DNA of 44,604 nt, taken from NCBI GenBank assembly GCA_019232665.1, contig JAFANN010000320.1, forward strand, positions 1-44,604. Reading direction: 5' to 3'. The notes beneath the pieces were generated by a model. That model saw only the letters and a program-made list of their open reading frames with translations, was not told where the DNA came from and made no database searches. Below are positions 37,016 to 44,474 of this stretch, one piece after another. The stretch's first letter is position 1. The number at the start of each line of letters is the position of its first letter. The position numbers were made by a program, and so were the translations under genes. This DNA is from Caulobacteraceae bacterium. Lineage in GTDB: Bacteria; Pseudomonadota; Alphaproteobacteria; Caulobacterales; Caulobacteraceae.

Positions 37016-37425
37016 GAGCGCTCGACTACCGTCGAGCGGAGGCGCCAGATCGTCGGCGCGCCTGCCGCGTACCAGAGGGCGAGCACGGGATCGCAGATCG
37101 CACAGCCTAACGAGGATGTGGCCGCGAAGGGAATTATCGGGTGACCCCATAGATGATGGGCGATGTCCCAGCCGCTGTGCAGTAGCCAGCCCAGCGCGAC
37201 GGCCCAATAGTTCTCAAGACCGACGTAGGCGAGGATGGTGATCGTCGCGCAGAAGGCGAATTCGGCGACGCCGAAACCGCCGCTAAGATAGGCCGCGCCG
37301 GCGCCCGCCAGAAAGATGGCGCTGAACCGTCGCCGGGGCGGCTCCGGTAGCAGCGAGCCAAGCGCGATCAGCACGATTGCGACGCCGACTGGGGCGATCC
37401 ACCGAATTAGGTCCACGCCGTCCAT
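37012..37425 (-). CDS. DUF6010-like small membrane protein
   Basis: GGAGGA RBS; hydrophobic; AGAGAAYLSGG, GWLLHSGWDIAHH, GCAICD. Confidence 0.65.
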   Translation of the reverse strand: MDGVDLIRWIAPVGVAIVLIALGSLLPEPPRRRFSAIFLAGAGAAYLSGGFGVAEFAFCATITILAYVGLENYWAVALGWLLHSGWDIAHHLWGHPIIPFAATSSLGCAICDPVLALWYAAGAPTIWRLRSTVVERS

Positions 37426-37494
37426 TGGCGATCCTCCAAGGCGACCGTAGCGCCTTGTGGCACTGGTAACCGCGGTTCCGGCGCGTGTGTGAGA

Positions 37495-37528
37495 TGGCGG
37501 ATCGTCAATCATCGTCGATAATCCGTCA
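37495..37528. promoter_or_regulatory. Candidate operator between the DUF6010-like gene and the AraC regulator
   Basis: TGGCGGAT-N18-ATCCGTCA inverted repeat with one mismatch in the divergent intergenic region. Confidence 0.35.
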
Positions 37529-37562
37529 CGGACTGCTATCCTAGTCCGCCACGGAGTTTCTC

Positions 37563-38501
37563 ATGCGCCGCGTCGCCATTCTTGCGATGGACGGAGTCTC
37601 CCCCGGAGACCTCGCGATCCCGTGGGAAGTGTTCTCGCGCGTCCGCCTGGCGGACGGCTCACCGGGTTACGACGTGCGCGTCTGCGGCGAGAGCGCCGAC
37701 GTCCGCGCCGACGGCTTTCGCCTGAGCGCGCCATGGTCGCTGGAGGATGCGGAAGAAGCGGACACCCTGATCGTTCCCGGAACGGACAGGCCGGAAGCGC
37801 CGGTCGCCTCTCGCGTGCTTGGCGCCGTGCGTGGAGCGCATGATCGGGGCGCCAGGGTGGCCTCGATCTGCTCGGGCGCGTTCGTTCTCGCGGCGGCGGG
37901 ATTGCTCGATGGGCGCCGGGCAACCACACACTGGATGGCCGCGCCCCGCCTCGCTGAGCGGTATCCGGCCGTGCGTCTGGAGCCAGACGTCCTCTTCGTC
38001 GACGAAGGGCGGGTGCTCACTTCCGCAGGCGCCTTCGCCGGGTTGGACCTTTGCCTGCACATGGTGAGATGCGACCATGGACAGTGGGTAGCCGCCCAGG
38101 CGGCGCGCATGGCTGTCGCTCCCATCGAGCGAACGGGCGGGCAGGCGCAGTTCATCCGCCGCGAGGTTCCTTCAGCGTCTGCAAGTCTCGCGCCCGTGCT
38201 CGAGTGGGCGACGCGCAACGCCCATCGTCCCCTCACCGTGGCGGACCTTGCCGCGCGCGCGGCTTCAAGCCCTCGCACGCTTGAGCGTCGTTTCAGGGCC
38301 CAGACGGGTCTATCCCCGCTTCAGTGGCTGCTGGCCGCGCGGCTCGCTCGTGCTCGCGAGCTGCTCGAAGCAACAGGACTCCCGGTGGAGACGATCGCCT
38401 GCGAGAGCGGCTTCCCGACCGCGGCGGCCCTGCGGGAGCAGTTCCGGCGCAGCCTCGGCGTCACGCCCACCGCCTACCGGCGCGCCTTCGGCGGCGGGTG
38501 A
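37563..38501 (+). CDS. GlxA-family AraC regulator (DJ-1/PfpI + AraC HTH)
   Basis: ASICSGAFVLAAAGLLDGRRATTHW, TSAG, GGQAQFI, C-terminal double HTH ending GVTPTAYR. Confidence 0.92.
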   Translation: MRRVAILAMDGVSPGDLAIPWEVFSRVRLADGSPGYDVRVCGESADVRADGFRLSAPWSLEDAEEADTLIVPGTDRPEAPVASRVLGAVRGAHDRGARVASICSGAFVLAAAGLLDGRRATTHWMAAPRLAERYPAVRLEPDVLFVDEGRVLTSAGAFAGLDLCLHMVRCDHGQWVAAQAARMAVAPIERTGGQAQFIRREVPSASASLAPVLEWATRNAHRPLTVADLAARAASSPRTLERRFRAQTGLSPLQWLLAARLARARELLEATGLPVETIACESGFPTAAALREQFRRSLGVTPTAYRRAFGGG

Positions 38502-38538
38502 GGGTCCTTTTAGGCTGAGGTCAGGCGGCAGCCTCACT

Positions 38539-39027
38539 TCAGCCCTTGAGGGCCTCGGCCATATGCAGGTGCTTGCGGAGCACGGGCAGCGACTGGCGCG
38601 CGTGCGCCGCGGCCGGTCCATGGCCGGACTTCGCTTCCTGCTCGAACATCGCGATGTCCTTCTGGTGATCCTGGATCGCGATCTGCTTGGCCTGGGTGTC
38701 CAGCTGGGCGCCCGAAAGGCTCTGAAGTTGGCTCATCGCCTGGACGGCGTCCGGATCCGGCTGCTCCGGCGCGCTGGCTCCCATTGCCTTGGCCGCAGCT
38801 TCGGCCTTGCGACGGCTGAGCGTGTGGTCCTGGACAAGGGTTGCGCCGAAGTGACGGACCTGCGCCGTTCCGCCTTTCTGTTCCAGCATGTGACCCATCT
38901 GGATTTCGCCCGTGTCGCCGGCGACTGCCTTTTGAATAAAGGTATTGTCGTCCGCGGGCTGCGCCAGAGCCGGCGTGGCAGCAAGCGCGACCACGGCGGC
39001 GGCGGCAGCGCAGAATGAGAGTTTCAT
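38539..39027 (-). CDS. DUF4142 secreted protein
   Basis: Signal peptide ending ALA-Q; DNTFIQKA..EIQMG..VRHFGATLVQDH..DHQKDIAMFEQEA..LPVLRKHLHMA. Confidence 0.85.
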   Translation of the reverse strand: MKLSFCAAAAAVVALAATPALAQPADDNTFIQKAVAGDTGEIQMGHMLEQKGGTAQVRHFGATLVQDHTLSRRKAEAAAKAMGASAPEQPDPDAVQAMSQLQSLSGAQLDTQAKQIAIQDHQKDIAMFEQEAKSGHGPAAAHARQSLPVLRKHLHMAEALKG

Positions 39028-39063
39028 CGAACACCCCATATCAGGACCAGAACCTAGGCCCTG

Positions 39064-39089
39064 AACCCATTGAGGAGCGGCGCAGTTTC
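39064..39089 (-). promoter_or_regulatory. Possible EcfG/SigT general-stress promoter of the DUF4142 gene
   Basis: GAAAC-N17-GGTT on the minus strand, one mismatch from the alphaproteobacterial GGAAC-N16/17-(C/G)GTT pattern. Confidence 0.3.
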
Positions 39090-39114
39090 GGGACGTCAAA
39101 CAGGCGTCCTGCTC

Positions 39115-39594
39115 CTACTCGATCGCCAGGATCTCCGTCTCACCGCCGCCGATGGCCGCCGTCTCCCCCACGGTCTTGCCTGACAGAGCTCGGGCCAAGG
39201 GAGAGACGTAGGAAATCCGCCCTTCCTTGGGGTCGGCCTCGTCCTCGCCGACGATGCGGAAGCGCTGAATGCGTCCGTCCTCTCGCTCGATCGTGACCGT
39301 CGAGCCGAACGCCACGCTGTCGGTCGTCTCCGGGGGGTGGACGAGCTGGGCCGATGCGCGGCGCGCGGACCAGTATCGCAGCTCACGAGTGGCCCTCGCC
39401 ATGGCGGTGCGATCGACGCTCAAGTCGTCTTTCGCCTGCGCGGCCCCGTAGGCGGCTTGCGCTTCGGCCAGCGCCGCTTCGATCGCCGCGAGGCCCTCGG
39501 GAGTGACGAGGTTGGGATGAAGGGAAATCGGCCGGTCTGGGAGATCGGCTGCTTGGGCCTCGATATCTTCCTCTCGGGTGAAGGCGACACTCAT
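39115..39594 (-). CDS. GreA/GreB-family-like elongation factor (atypical, short coiled coil)
   Basis: C-terminal Gre domain VAFGSTV..FRIVGEDEADP.EGRISYVSPLARAL.GK.VGE; N-terminus MSVAFTREE..PNLVTPEG. Confidence 0.85.
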   Translation of the reverse strand: MSVAFTREEDIEAQAADLPDRPISLHPNLVTPEGLAAIEAALAEAQAAYGAAQAKDDLSVDRTAMARATRELRYWSARRASAQLVHPPETTDSVAFGSTVTIEREDGRIQRFRIVGEDEADPKEGRISYVSPLARALSGKTVGETAAIGGGETEILAIE

Positions 39595-39648
39595 TGCAAG
39601 GCTTTCATTGTGCTTGATCGTGTACGAAAGCGGCGGTCATCATGCCAC

Positions 39649-39825
39649 ATGCTCAAGGTCTAGGGCCGCCGCAATTCAATCAATGTGCAGAAGGTCATGT
39701 GGCTGCTTGGGGAACTGCAAATTGAGTACGAGCATGTACCCGCCGGCGGTCCGTTCGGCGGATTGTCGGATCCGGAGCACGTCGACATCGCCTTCGACGA
39801 CCTGAAGGGTCGTCTGGCTTTCTGA
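39649..39825 (+). pseudogene. Glutathione S-transferase (GstB/YliJ-like) pseudogene
   Basis: Manual translation: MLKV*GRRNSINVQKVMWLLGELQIEYEHVPAGGPFGGLSDPE|HVDIAFDDLKGRLAF*. TAG at 39661 where Trp is expected, and the N-terminus is joined directly to a C-terminal-like tail. Confidence 0.8.
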
Positions 39826-39827
39826 CG

Positions 39828-40637
39828 ATGAAAGCCCCTGACGCCTGGCTCGACCTCGCCGCTCGCGCTTGCTCCCACGCAGGTCTGGATTCGAGGCGCC
39901 TCGCCGTCGAGGCGGTGGATCACGGAAAATCAGGAGCCGAGGTTCTGCTCCTGGACGGTTCGGCTCCGGCGGTCCTGAAGGCGGTGCGGGCCACGGAGCG
40001 GGCCGCGGCCGCGAGCCTCGCGCGTGAGACCGAGTCCATGGTCTGGCTGGCCGGACGGGCGCGAGCGCCAAAGGTGTACTGGTCCGGCGTGCTCGGCGAA
40101 TGGCGGGTCCTGCTGAGCGAACGTCTGCCGGGGGGTCCGGCGTCGCACCTCCCGGCGGCGCAAGCCGAGGAGGGCCTGGTTCGCGTCGTACATGCGCTCG
40201 CCGCACTCCATGCAATGTCGGTGACGGATTGTCCTTTCGACCAGCGGCTGGATGTGAAGCTCGCTGCGGCCCGCGAAAGGGTGGAGACGGGGGTGATCAC
40301 GCCGGACGACTTCACGGGGCGCAATCGAGGCCAGGACCCAAGGGAGATGTTCCGCCGCCTCGAAGCGCGGATCCCGCTCCGCCAGGATCTCGTCGTCACC
40401 CACGGCGACGCAAGCCTGCCCAACTTCCTCGTGCCGCCGGATGGGGAGGTCGGCCTGGTCGACCTCGCCCTGCTCGGCGTGGCCGACCGTTGGCACGACC
40501 TGGCGCTCTTCCTGCGCTCGGCCGCGCGCAACTTCCCGCAAGTCGACGCCGTCGCGATCCTGAAGGATCACTATCCCCTGGCGCGGATCGACCCGAGACG
40601 GCGGGAGTTCTACCGCCGCCTCGACGAGTTCGCCTGA
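39828..40637 (+). CDS. APH(3')-like aminoglycoside phosphotransferase
   Basis: GKSGAEV, CPFDQRL, LVVTHGDASLPN, VDLALLGVADRWHDLAL, C-terminal FYRRLDEF. Confidence 0.85.
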   Translation: MKAPDAWLDLAARACSHAGLDSRRLAVEAVDHGKSGAEVLLLDGSAPAVLKAVRATERAAAASLARETESMVWLAGRARAPKVYWSGVLGEWRVLLSERLPGGPASHLPAAQAEEGLVRVVHALAALHAMSVTDCPFDQRLDVKLAAARERVETGVITPDDFTGRNRGQDPREMFRRLEARIPLRQDLVVTHGDASLPNFLVPPDGEVGLVDLALLGVADRWHDLALFLRSAARNFPQVDAVAILKDHYPLARIDPRRREFYRRLDEFA

Positions 40638-40644
40638 AGGCGTC

Positions 40645-40788
40645 TCAGAACCGTTCGCCCACCATCTCCTCGCTTTTTGCCCACAGCGCTTTGGCGTGGT
40701 CGGCGTCCAGGGCATAGGGCCGCACGCCGCCCATACGGAAGTCCTCCGCATCCACGATCTAGGCGACGTGGCAGTCCTCGCAGTAGCG
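40645..40788 (-). pseudogene. 3' remnant of an SDR oxidoreductase gene
   Basis: Manual translation: RYCEDCHVA*IVDAEDFRMGGVRPYALDADHAKALWAKSEEMVGERF*. This is a typical C-terminus of retinol-dehydrogenase-like SDRs, with an internal TAG at 40759-40761 and no 5' part. Confidence 0.75.
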
Positions 40789-40802
40789 GCTTGTCGACAT
40801 CA

Positions 40803-41519
40803 TCATGGACGGCTTACGCGCGCCGACTCGGTAACGGGCGAAGACGCCCCAGTCGTGGTGGAATGGGCGCCTTCCAGGCGACGAATGACCCACATCCTCA
40901 TAGGCCAACCCACCAGGAAGAGCCCAATCAGGAGAAGGGTGATAAGCCCCGGCGGCGGATTGTGCACACCGCTCACCAGGAAGAGGAAGAAGGGAGGCGT
41001 GAGGAGGATCAGGAGGAAGCTGAATATTCTGGTTCTCTTGCCGATTTCGGGCGCCACCTTGTCGACGATCAGGGCGGCGTAGCCCCAGAGAGCGGCGAGG
41101 GCGACGCCGATGGCGATCACAAGGGAGGAATAGACCTCCATCGCCGCCTGGGTCGGGCCCCCGCCGTGCACCAAGTGGGTCGCGGCGGGGAGCAGACCCA
41201 CCAAGCCGAGGAAGATGAGATTCAACACGGTGATGGGCGGGTCGGCGTCCAGGATCATCGAGAAGAAGCGCCGGTGCGCGAGCCAGAAAACGGCGATCAC
41301 GAGGAAGCTGAGCGCATACGCGTCCAGCTGCGGCGCGAGGGTTCGCCAGATATCGAGGGCGGTGGTCCATTTCGAAGGCGCGTACATCTCCAGCGCCAGC
41401 AAGGTCATCGAAATGGCGAAGACCCCGTCTGACAACATGATGACGCGGTCGAACCAGTGTCGCCGTCGCCGCCGCTCAAGCGGCTCGTCCGTGTCCAGGG
41501 ATTCCGGCTCTCCCGCCAT
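40803..41519 (-). CDS. TMEM175 (DUF1211) family membrane protein / putative K+ channel
   Basis: DRVIMLSDGVFAISMTLLAL, YALSFLVIAVFWLAHRRFF, LNLIFL..LLP; about 6 TM segments. Confidence 0.85.
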   Translation of the reverse strand: MAGEPESLDTDEPLERRRRRHWFDRVIMLSDGVFAISMTLLALEMYAPSKWTTALDIWRTLAPQLDAYALSFLVIAVFWLAHRRFFSMILDADPPITVLNLIFLGLVGLLPAATHLVHGGGPTQAAMEVYSSLVIAIGVALAALWGYAALIVDKVAPEIGKRTRIFSFLLILLTPPFFLFLVSGVHNPPPGLITLLLIGLFLVGWPMRMWVIRRLEGAHSTTTGASSPVTESARVSRP

Positions 41520-41525
41520 CGGGGG

Positions 41526-42425
41526 TTAGCCGAACCCCCGGTCGGCCAGCCAGTCGCCGAGGAGGTCGATCCAGCGGTCGGACGGGAGTCCCTGGCGGAC
41601 CATGCCGAAGCCGTGTTGCCCGCGAGCGAAGATGTGGAGTTCGGCGGAGCGCTCGGCGTCCGTCCAGTCCATGTAGAGCTGCTCGACCATCCGGAACAGC
41701 AACCGGTCGTCGTGGGCGATGACGGTGAAGAGGGGCGGCGCCTCTGGCGGCACAGGGCGGCCTTGCGTGTCGCCGCCATAGATCGCTGCGACGAAGGCTG
41801 GCGGCGCGCCCTGCGGGTCCATCGCCACGTCCGCCACCAGGAAGGCGCCGGCGGAGAAGCCGATCAGGCCAATCCTTTCAGGCTTCAGGCCAAATTCCGC
41901 CGCCCGCTCGCGGGCGATCTGCAGCGCACGGCGTCCGTCGTCAGCGGCGATCTCCCGGGCGAACTGAAGGCTCTCTTCGCGCAGGAGCTGATCCATGCGG
42001 CGAGGCGCGCCGGCGGCGGGACGCGGCGCGGACAGCTGCTGCTGCATCGCCGCCGAAGCCCTCGCGAACTCGGCGGGATCGGCGGGCGTGCCGCGCACGC
42101 GGTACTTCAGCAGGAAGGCGGTGAAGCCTCGGTGGGCGAACCACTCTGCCACGTCCAGGCCTTCATGCTCCCAGGCCAGGATGCGCCAGCCTCCGCCAGG
42201 GCAGACGACGACGCCGCAGCCATTGGCCGTCCCGGGGTCGGGCGTGAACACGGTCAGGGTCGCTTCCGAGACGTTGCGGAGCATTTTCGTGCCCGCCGCG
42301 ACGCCTTCGGGTGGGCTGAAGACGAGTTCGGGTCCGACGCACGGCAGGGTGCGGGCAGGTCCCCGGGGCCACAGGCGTATCTCCTCGCGCGCGATCGTTG
42401 TGGCGCCGCGAACGTCGTCGGCCAT
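41526..42425 (-). CDS. Alpha/beta hydrolase (carbohydrate esterase/BD-FAE-like)
   Basis: VVVCPGGGW, LLKYR, nucleophile GFSAG, AHDD, ELHIFARGQHGFGM. Confidence 0.85.
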   Translation of the reverse strand: MADDVRGATTIAREEIRLWPRGPARTLPCVGPELVFSPPEGVAAGTKMLRNVSEATLTVFTPDPGTANGCGVVVCPGGGWRILAWEHEGLDVAEWFAHRGFTAFLLKYRVRGTPADPAEFARASAAMQQQLSAPRPAAGAPRRMDQLLREESLQFAREIAADDGRRALQIARERAAEFGLKPERIGLIGFSAGAFLVADVAMDPQGAPPAFVAAIYGGDTQGRPVPPEAPPLFTVIAHDDRLLFRMVEQLYMDWTDAERSAELHIFARGQHGFGMVRQGLPSDRWIDLLGDWLADRGFG

Positions 42426-42486
42426 GACGGCTCCTCCCTTGTTTCCCGGCGCGCAGCATCCGACGTGGCGCGCCGGCCGTCAAAGG

Positions 42487-43815
42487 TCAGGTCGAGACGA
42501 ACTCGCGCAGGACGGCGATCGGGACCAGGCCGGTCCAGCCGCAGAAGTCCGGTCGAGCGATATGGCCGGGCGCGAGCGCGTCGGGCGCGTAGTTCTCCCA
42601 GAAGGTCCCGGTGGCCAGGAAGACCTGGGCCACGGCCCAATAGTAAGCGCTTGCGAGTCGCCGCGCCGTTGCCTCATGGCCCGAGCGGCGCAGGCCGCGC
42701 AGCAGCATGTAGTTGGTCGGCGCCCAAACGCCGCCCATCCAATATCCGCCTCCAGGTGAGAACCCCGCCTGGTCGGCCGGCCACGCCGCGGCGGGAATCT
42801 CTCGCCAGAACTCCGCCGTATCGGTCAGATGGGCGATCAGCCGCCGCGCCCGCTCGGGGGGCGCGACGCCAGCCATCAGTGTCCAGAACATGCCGATGTG
42901 CTTGCGCCGGATCGGCTGGCCGTAGCCGAGGTCGTAGTAGAAGCCGTCTTCCTCGCTCCAGCACAGCCCATTGATCGCCCGAGCGATCGAGTCGTGCGCA
43001 ACGCGCCAGCGCCTCGCCTCGTCTGGTCGCCGAAGGAGCCGCGCGATCTGGGCCAGCTCGTCTGCGAAGAGGGCCATCTGGGCGGACAGATCGACGCTGC
43101 GTCCCTGCCGGTTCCACTTGGAACTCAGGAGGTTGTAGTCAAACACCGCGGGATAGAGGTTATGCAGCGGGATCCCACGCCCGTCGTCGCGCCAGCCATC
43201 GGGGTAGCGCGGGATATTGTCCATCCCCGAACCGAGCGCATCGCTGAAGAACAGACCGTCGTCGCCCCGATAGCGCCCGGCGACGAAATCGAAGAGGCGC
43301 GTGAGTTTCGGATAGACGCTCGCAAGGCGAGCGACATCCCGCGTCCGGCTGAACAGTTCCAGTTCGGCGAAGGCGAGCAGGGGCGGATTGATGCTGACCG
43401 GGTGGTCTTTCGGCCAGAACGGCCGGCCCTCAGAGTCATATTCCCGGCAGATGAACCCGTCCGCCTCCTGACGATCGTAGAAGTTGTCGAGCGCCGGCCG
43501 GATCGGCAGTTCATCGGGATGATATTTGGCGTAGGCGGCGATGAAGCAGGTGTCCCACAGGAAGATGTGGCTGCTGAACGCCGCGTCGACGAAGCGATGT
43601 GGATAGGGGGAGCCGGGTTCTCCTCCACGGACGTGACGCTTCGCGCTCTCCAGGGCCGCGCTGTACATCCGCCGCTGGAGATCGCGCGGAACATCGAGGG
43701 CCTGAGGTTCATCGCTCCACGCCGGCCACGACGACAGGGCGATGGCGCCGCCAGCCATGCCGGCGACGACATCGCGGCGGGAGAACAGGCAAGACCGGGG
43801 GAGGGACGAGCGCAT
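42487..43815 (-). CDS. Tat-exported (alpha/alpha)6 glycoside hydrolase, GH63/MGH1-like
   Basis: Tat signal FSRRDVVAG..AWS; FLWDTCF, NPPLLA, SGMDNIPR, DGFYYD, YWMGGVWAPTNY, FWENY, DFCGWT. Confidence 0.8.
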   Translation of the reverse strand: MRSSLPRSCLFSRRDVVAGMAGGAIALSSWPAWSDEPQALDVPRDLQRRMYSAALESAKRHVRGGEPGSPYPHRFVDAAFSSHIFLWDTCFIAAYAKYHPDELPIRPALDNFYDRQEADGFICREYDSEGRPFWPKDHPVSINPPLLAFAELELFSRTRDVARLASVYPKLTRLFDFVAGRYRGDDGLFFSDALGSGMDNIPRYPDGWRDDGRGIPLHNLYPAVFDYNLLSSKWNRQGRSVDLSAQMALFADELAQIARLLRRPDEARRWRVAHDSIARAINGLCWSEEDGFYYDLGYGQPIRRKHIGMFWTLMAGVAPPERARRLIAHLTDTAEFWREIPAAAWPADQAGFSPGGGYWMGGVWAPTNYMLLRGLRRSGHEATARRLASAYYWAVAQVFLATGTFWENYAPDALAPGHIARPDFCGWTGLVPIAVLREFVST

Positions 43816-43820
43816 GGCGC

Positions 43821-44414
43821 TCAGCCTAACAGCGGATTCCAGCGTGCGAACCGCAAGGTTTCGTCTCGGACATCCTCCGGCCAGTCGCCCATGCGCGCAC
43901 GCAACTCGTCCAGATCACCTGCGAACAGAGCCCGTGCGGCGGCCTCGAAACCAGGCAAGTCGCCAGCGGTTGAGCGCATGAAACGGTAGGCGGCCTCGCG
44001 GGCGGCGCGCTGACGTCCGGCATCCCCCTCCGCGCGTCGCGCGGCGTCTACGAGGCGGCGCAGCGCGGCCGACGCGCCGCCGGGCTGACTGCCCAGCCAC
44101 TCCCAGTGCCGCGGAAGCAGAGTCACCTCGCGCGCCGTGACCCCGAGCTTTGGACGTCCACGCACTGGGGCCGAGCCCGGCGGCAGTGCGTGACGGGCCA
44201 GGATCTCAGTTTCATCGCCCCGCAGATCCAGGTCGACAACGGCTCCGGTCTCACCGTCGAATACGAGCACCGGCCTGTCGGGGCCGCGCTGGTGGGCGCG
44301 CCAAGCGGCGATCGCCGCCTCGGCGAGGGAGCCGCGGGCCAGGCGCGTGGAGCCTTCGAAGGCGATGAAGGTGGAAGACTCTCCCTCAGCTACCGGGAGC
44401 GGCGTGGATTTCAT
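43821..44414 (-). CDS. DUF2239 family protein
   Basis: LVFDGETGAVVDLDLRG, RGRPKLGVTAREVTLLPRHWEWL..QPGGASAALRRLV, AYRFM..AGDLPGFE.A.RALFA. Confidence 0.9.
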   Translation of the reverse strand: MKSTPLPVAEGESSTFIAFEGSTRLARGSLAEAAIAAWRAHQRGPDRPVLVFDGETGAVVDLDLRGDETEILARHALPPGSAPVRGRPKLGVTAREVTLLPRHWEWLGSQPGGASAALRRLVDAARRAEGDAGRQRAAREAAYRFMRSTAGDLPGFEAAARALFAGDLDELRARMGDWPEDVRDETLRFARWNPLLG

Positions 44415-44420
44415 GCACCC

Positions 44421-44448
44421 TATTTACCCGGGTATAAATCTCAGTCAA
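44421..44448 (-). promoter_or_regulatory. DUF2239 promoter (apparently leaderless) containing a perfect palindrome
   Basis: Minus strand reads TTGACT-N16-TAAATA-GGGTGC-ATG; TACCCGGGTA at 44425-44434. Confidence 0.6.
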
Positions 44449-44474
44449 CATTTGCGGGGACGGAAGGAGTGGTG

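Noticed and set aside
39661-40761. Two in-frame TAG codons (GST and SDR relics) suggesting amber recoding or readthrough
   Set aside because: TAG is a true stop for rpsS, rpmD and the HtrA gene here. The two sites imply different residues (Trp versus probably Glu/Gln), and both genes are also truncated.
41457-43989. Plus-strand ORFs of 505 aa and 386 aa
   Set aside because: Antisense to the well-supported esterase and glycoside hydrolase genes; Arg/Pro-rich with no motifs.
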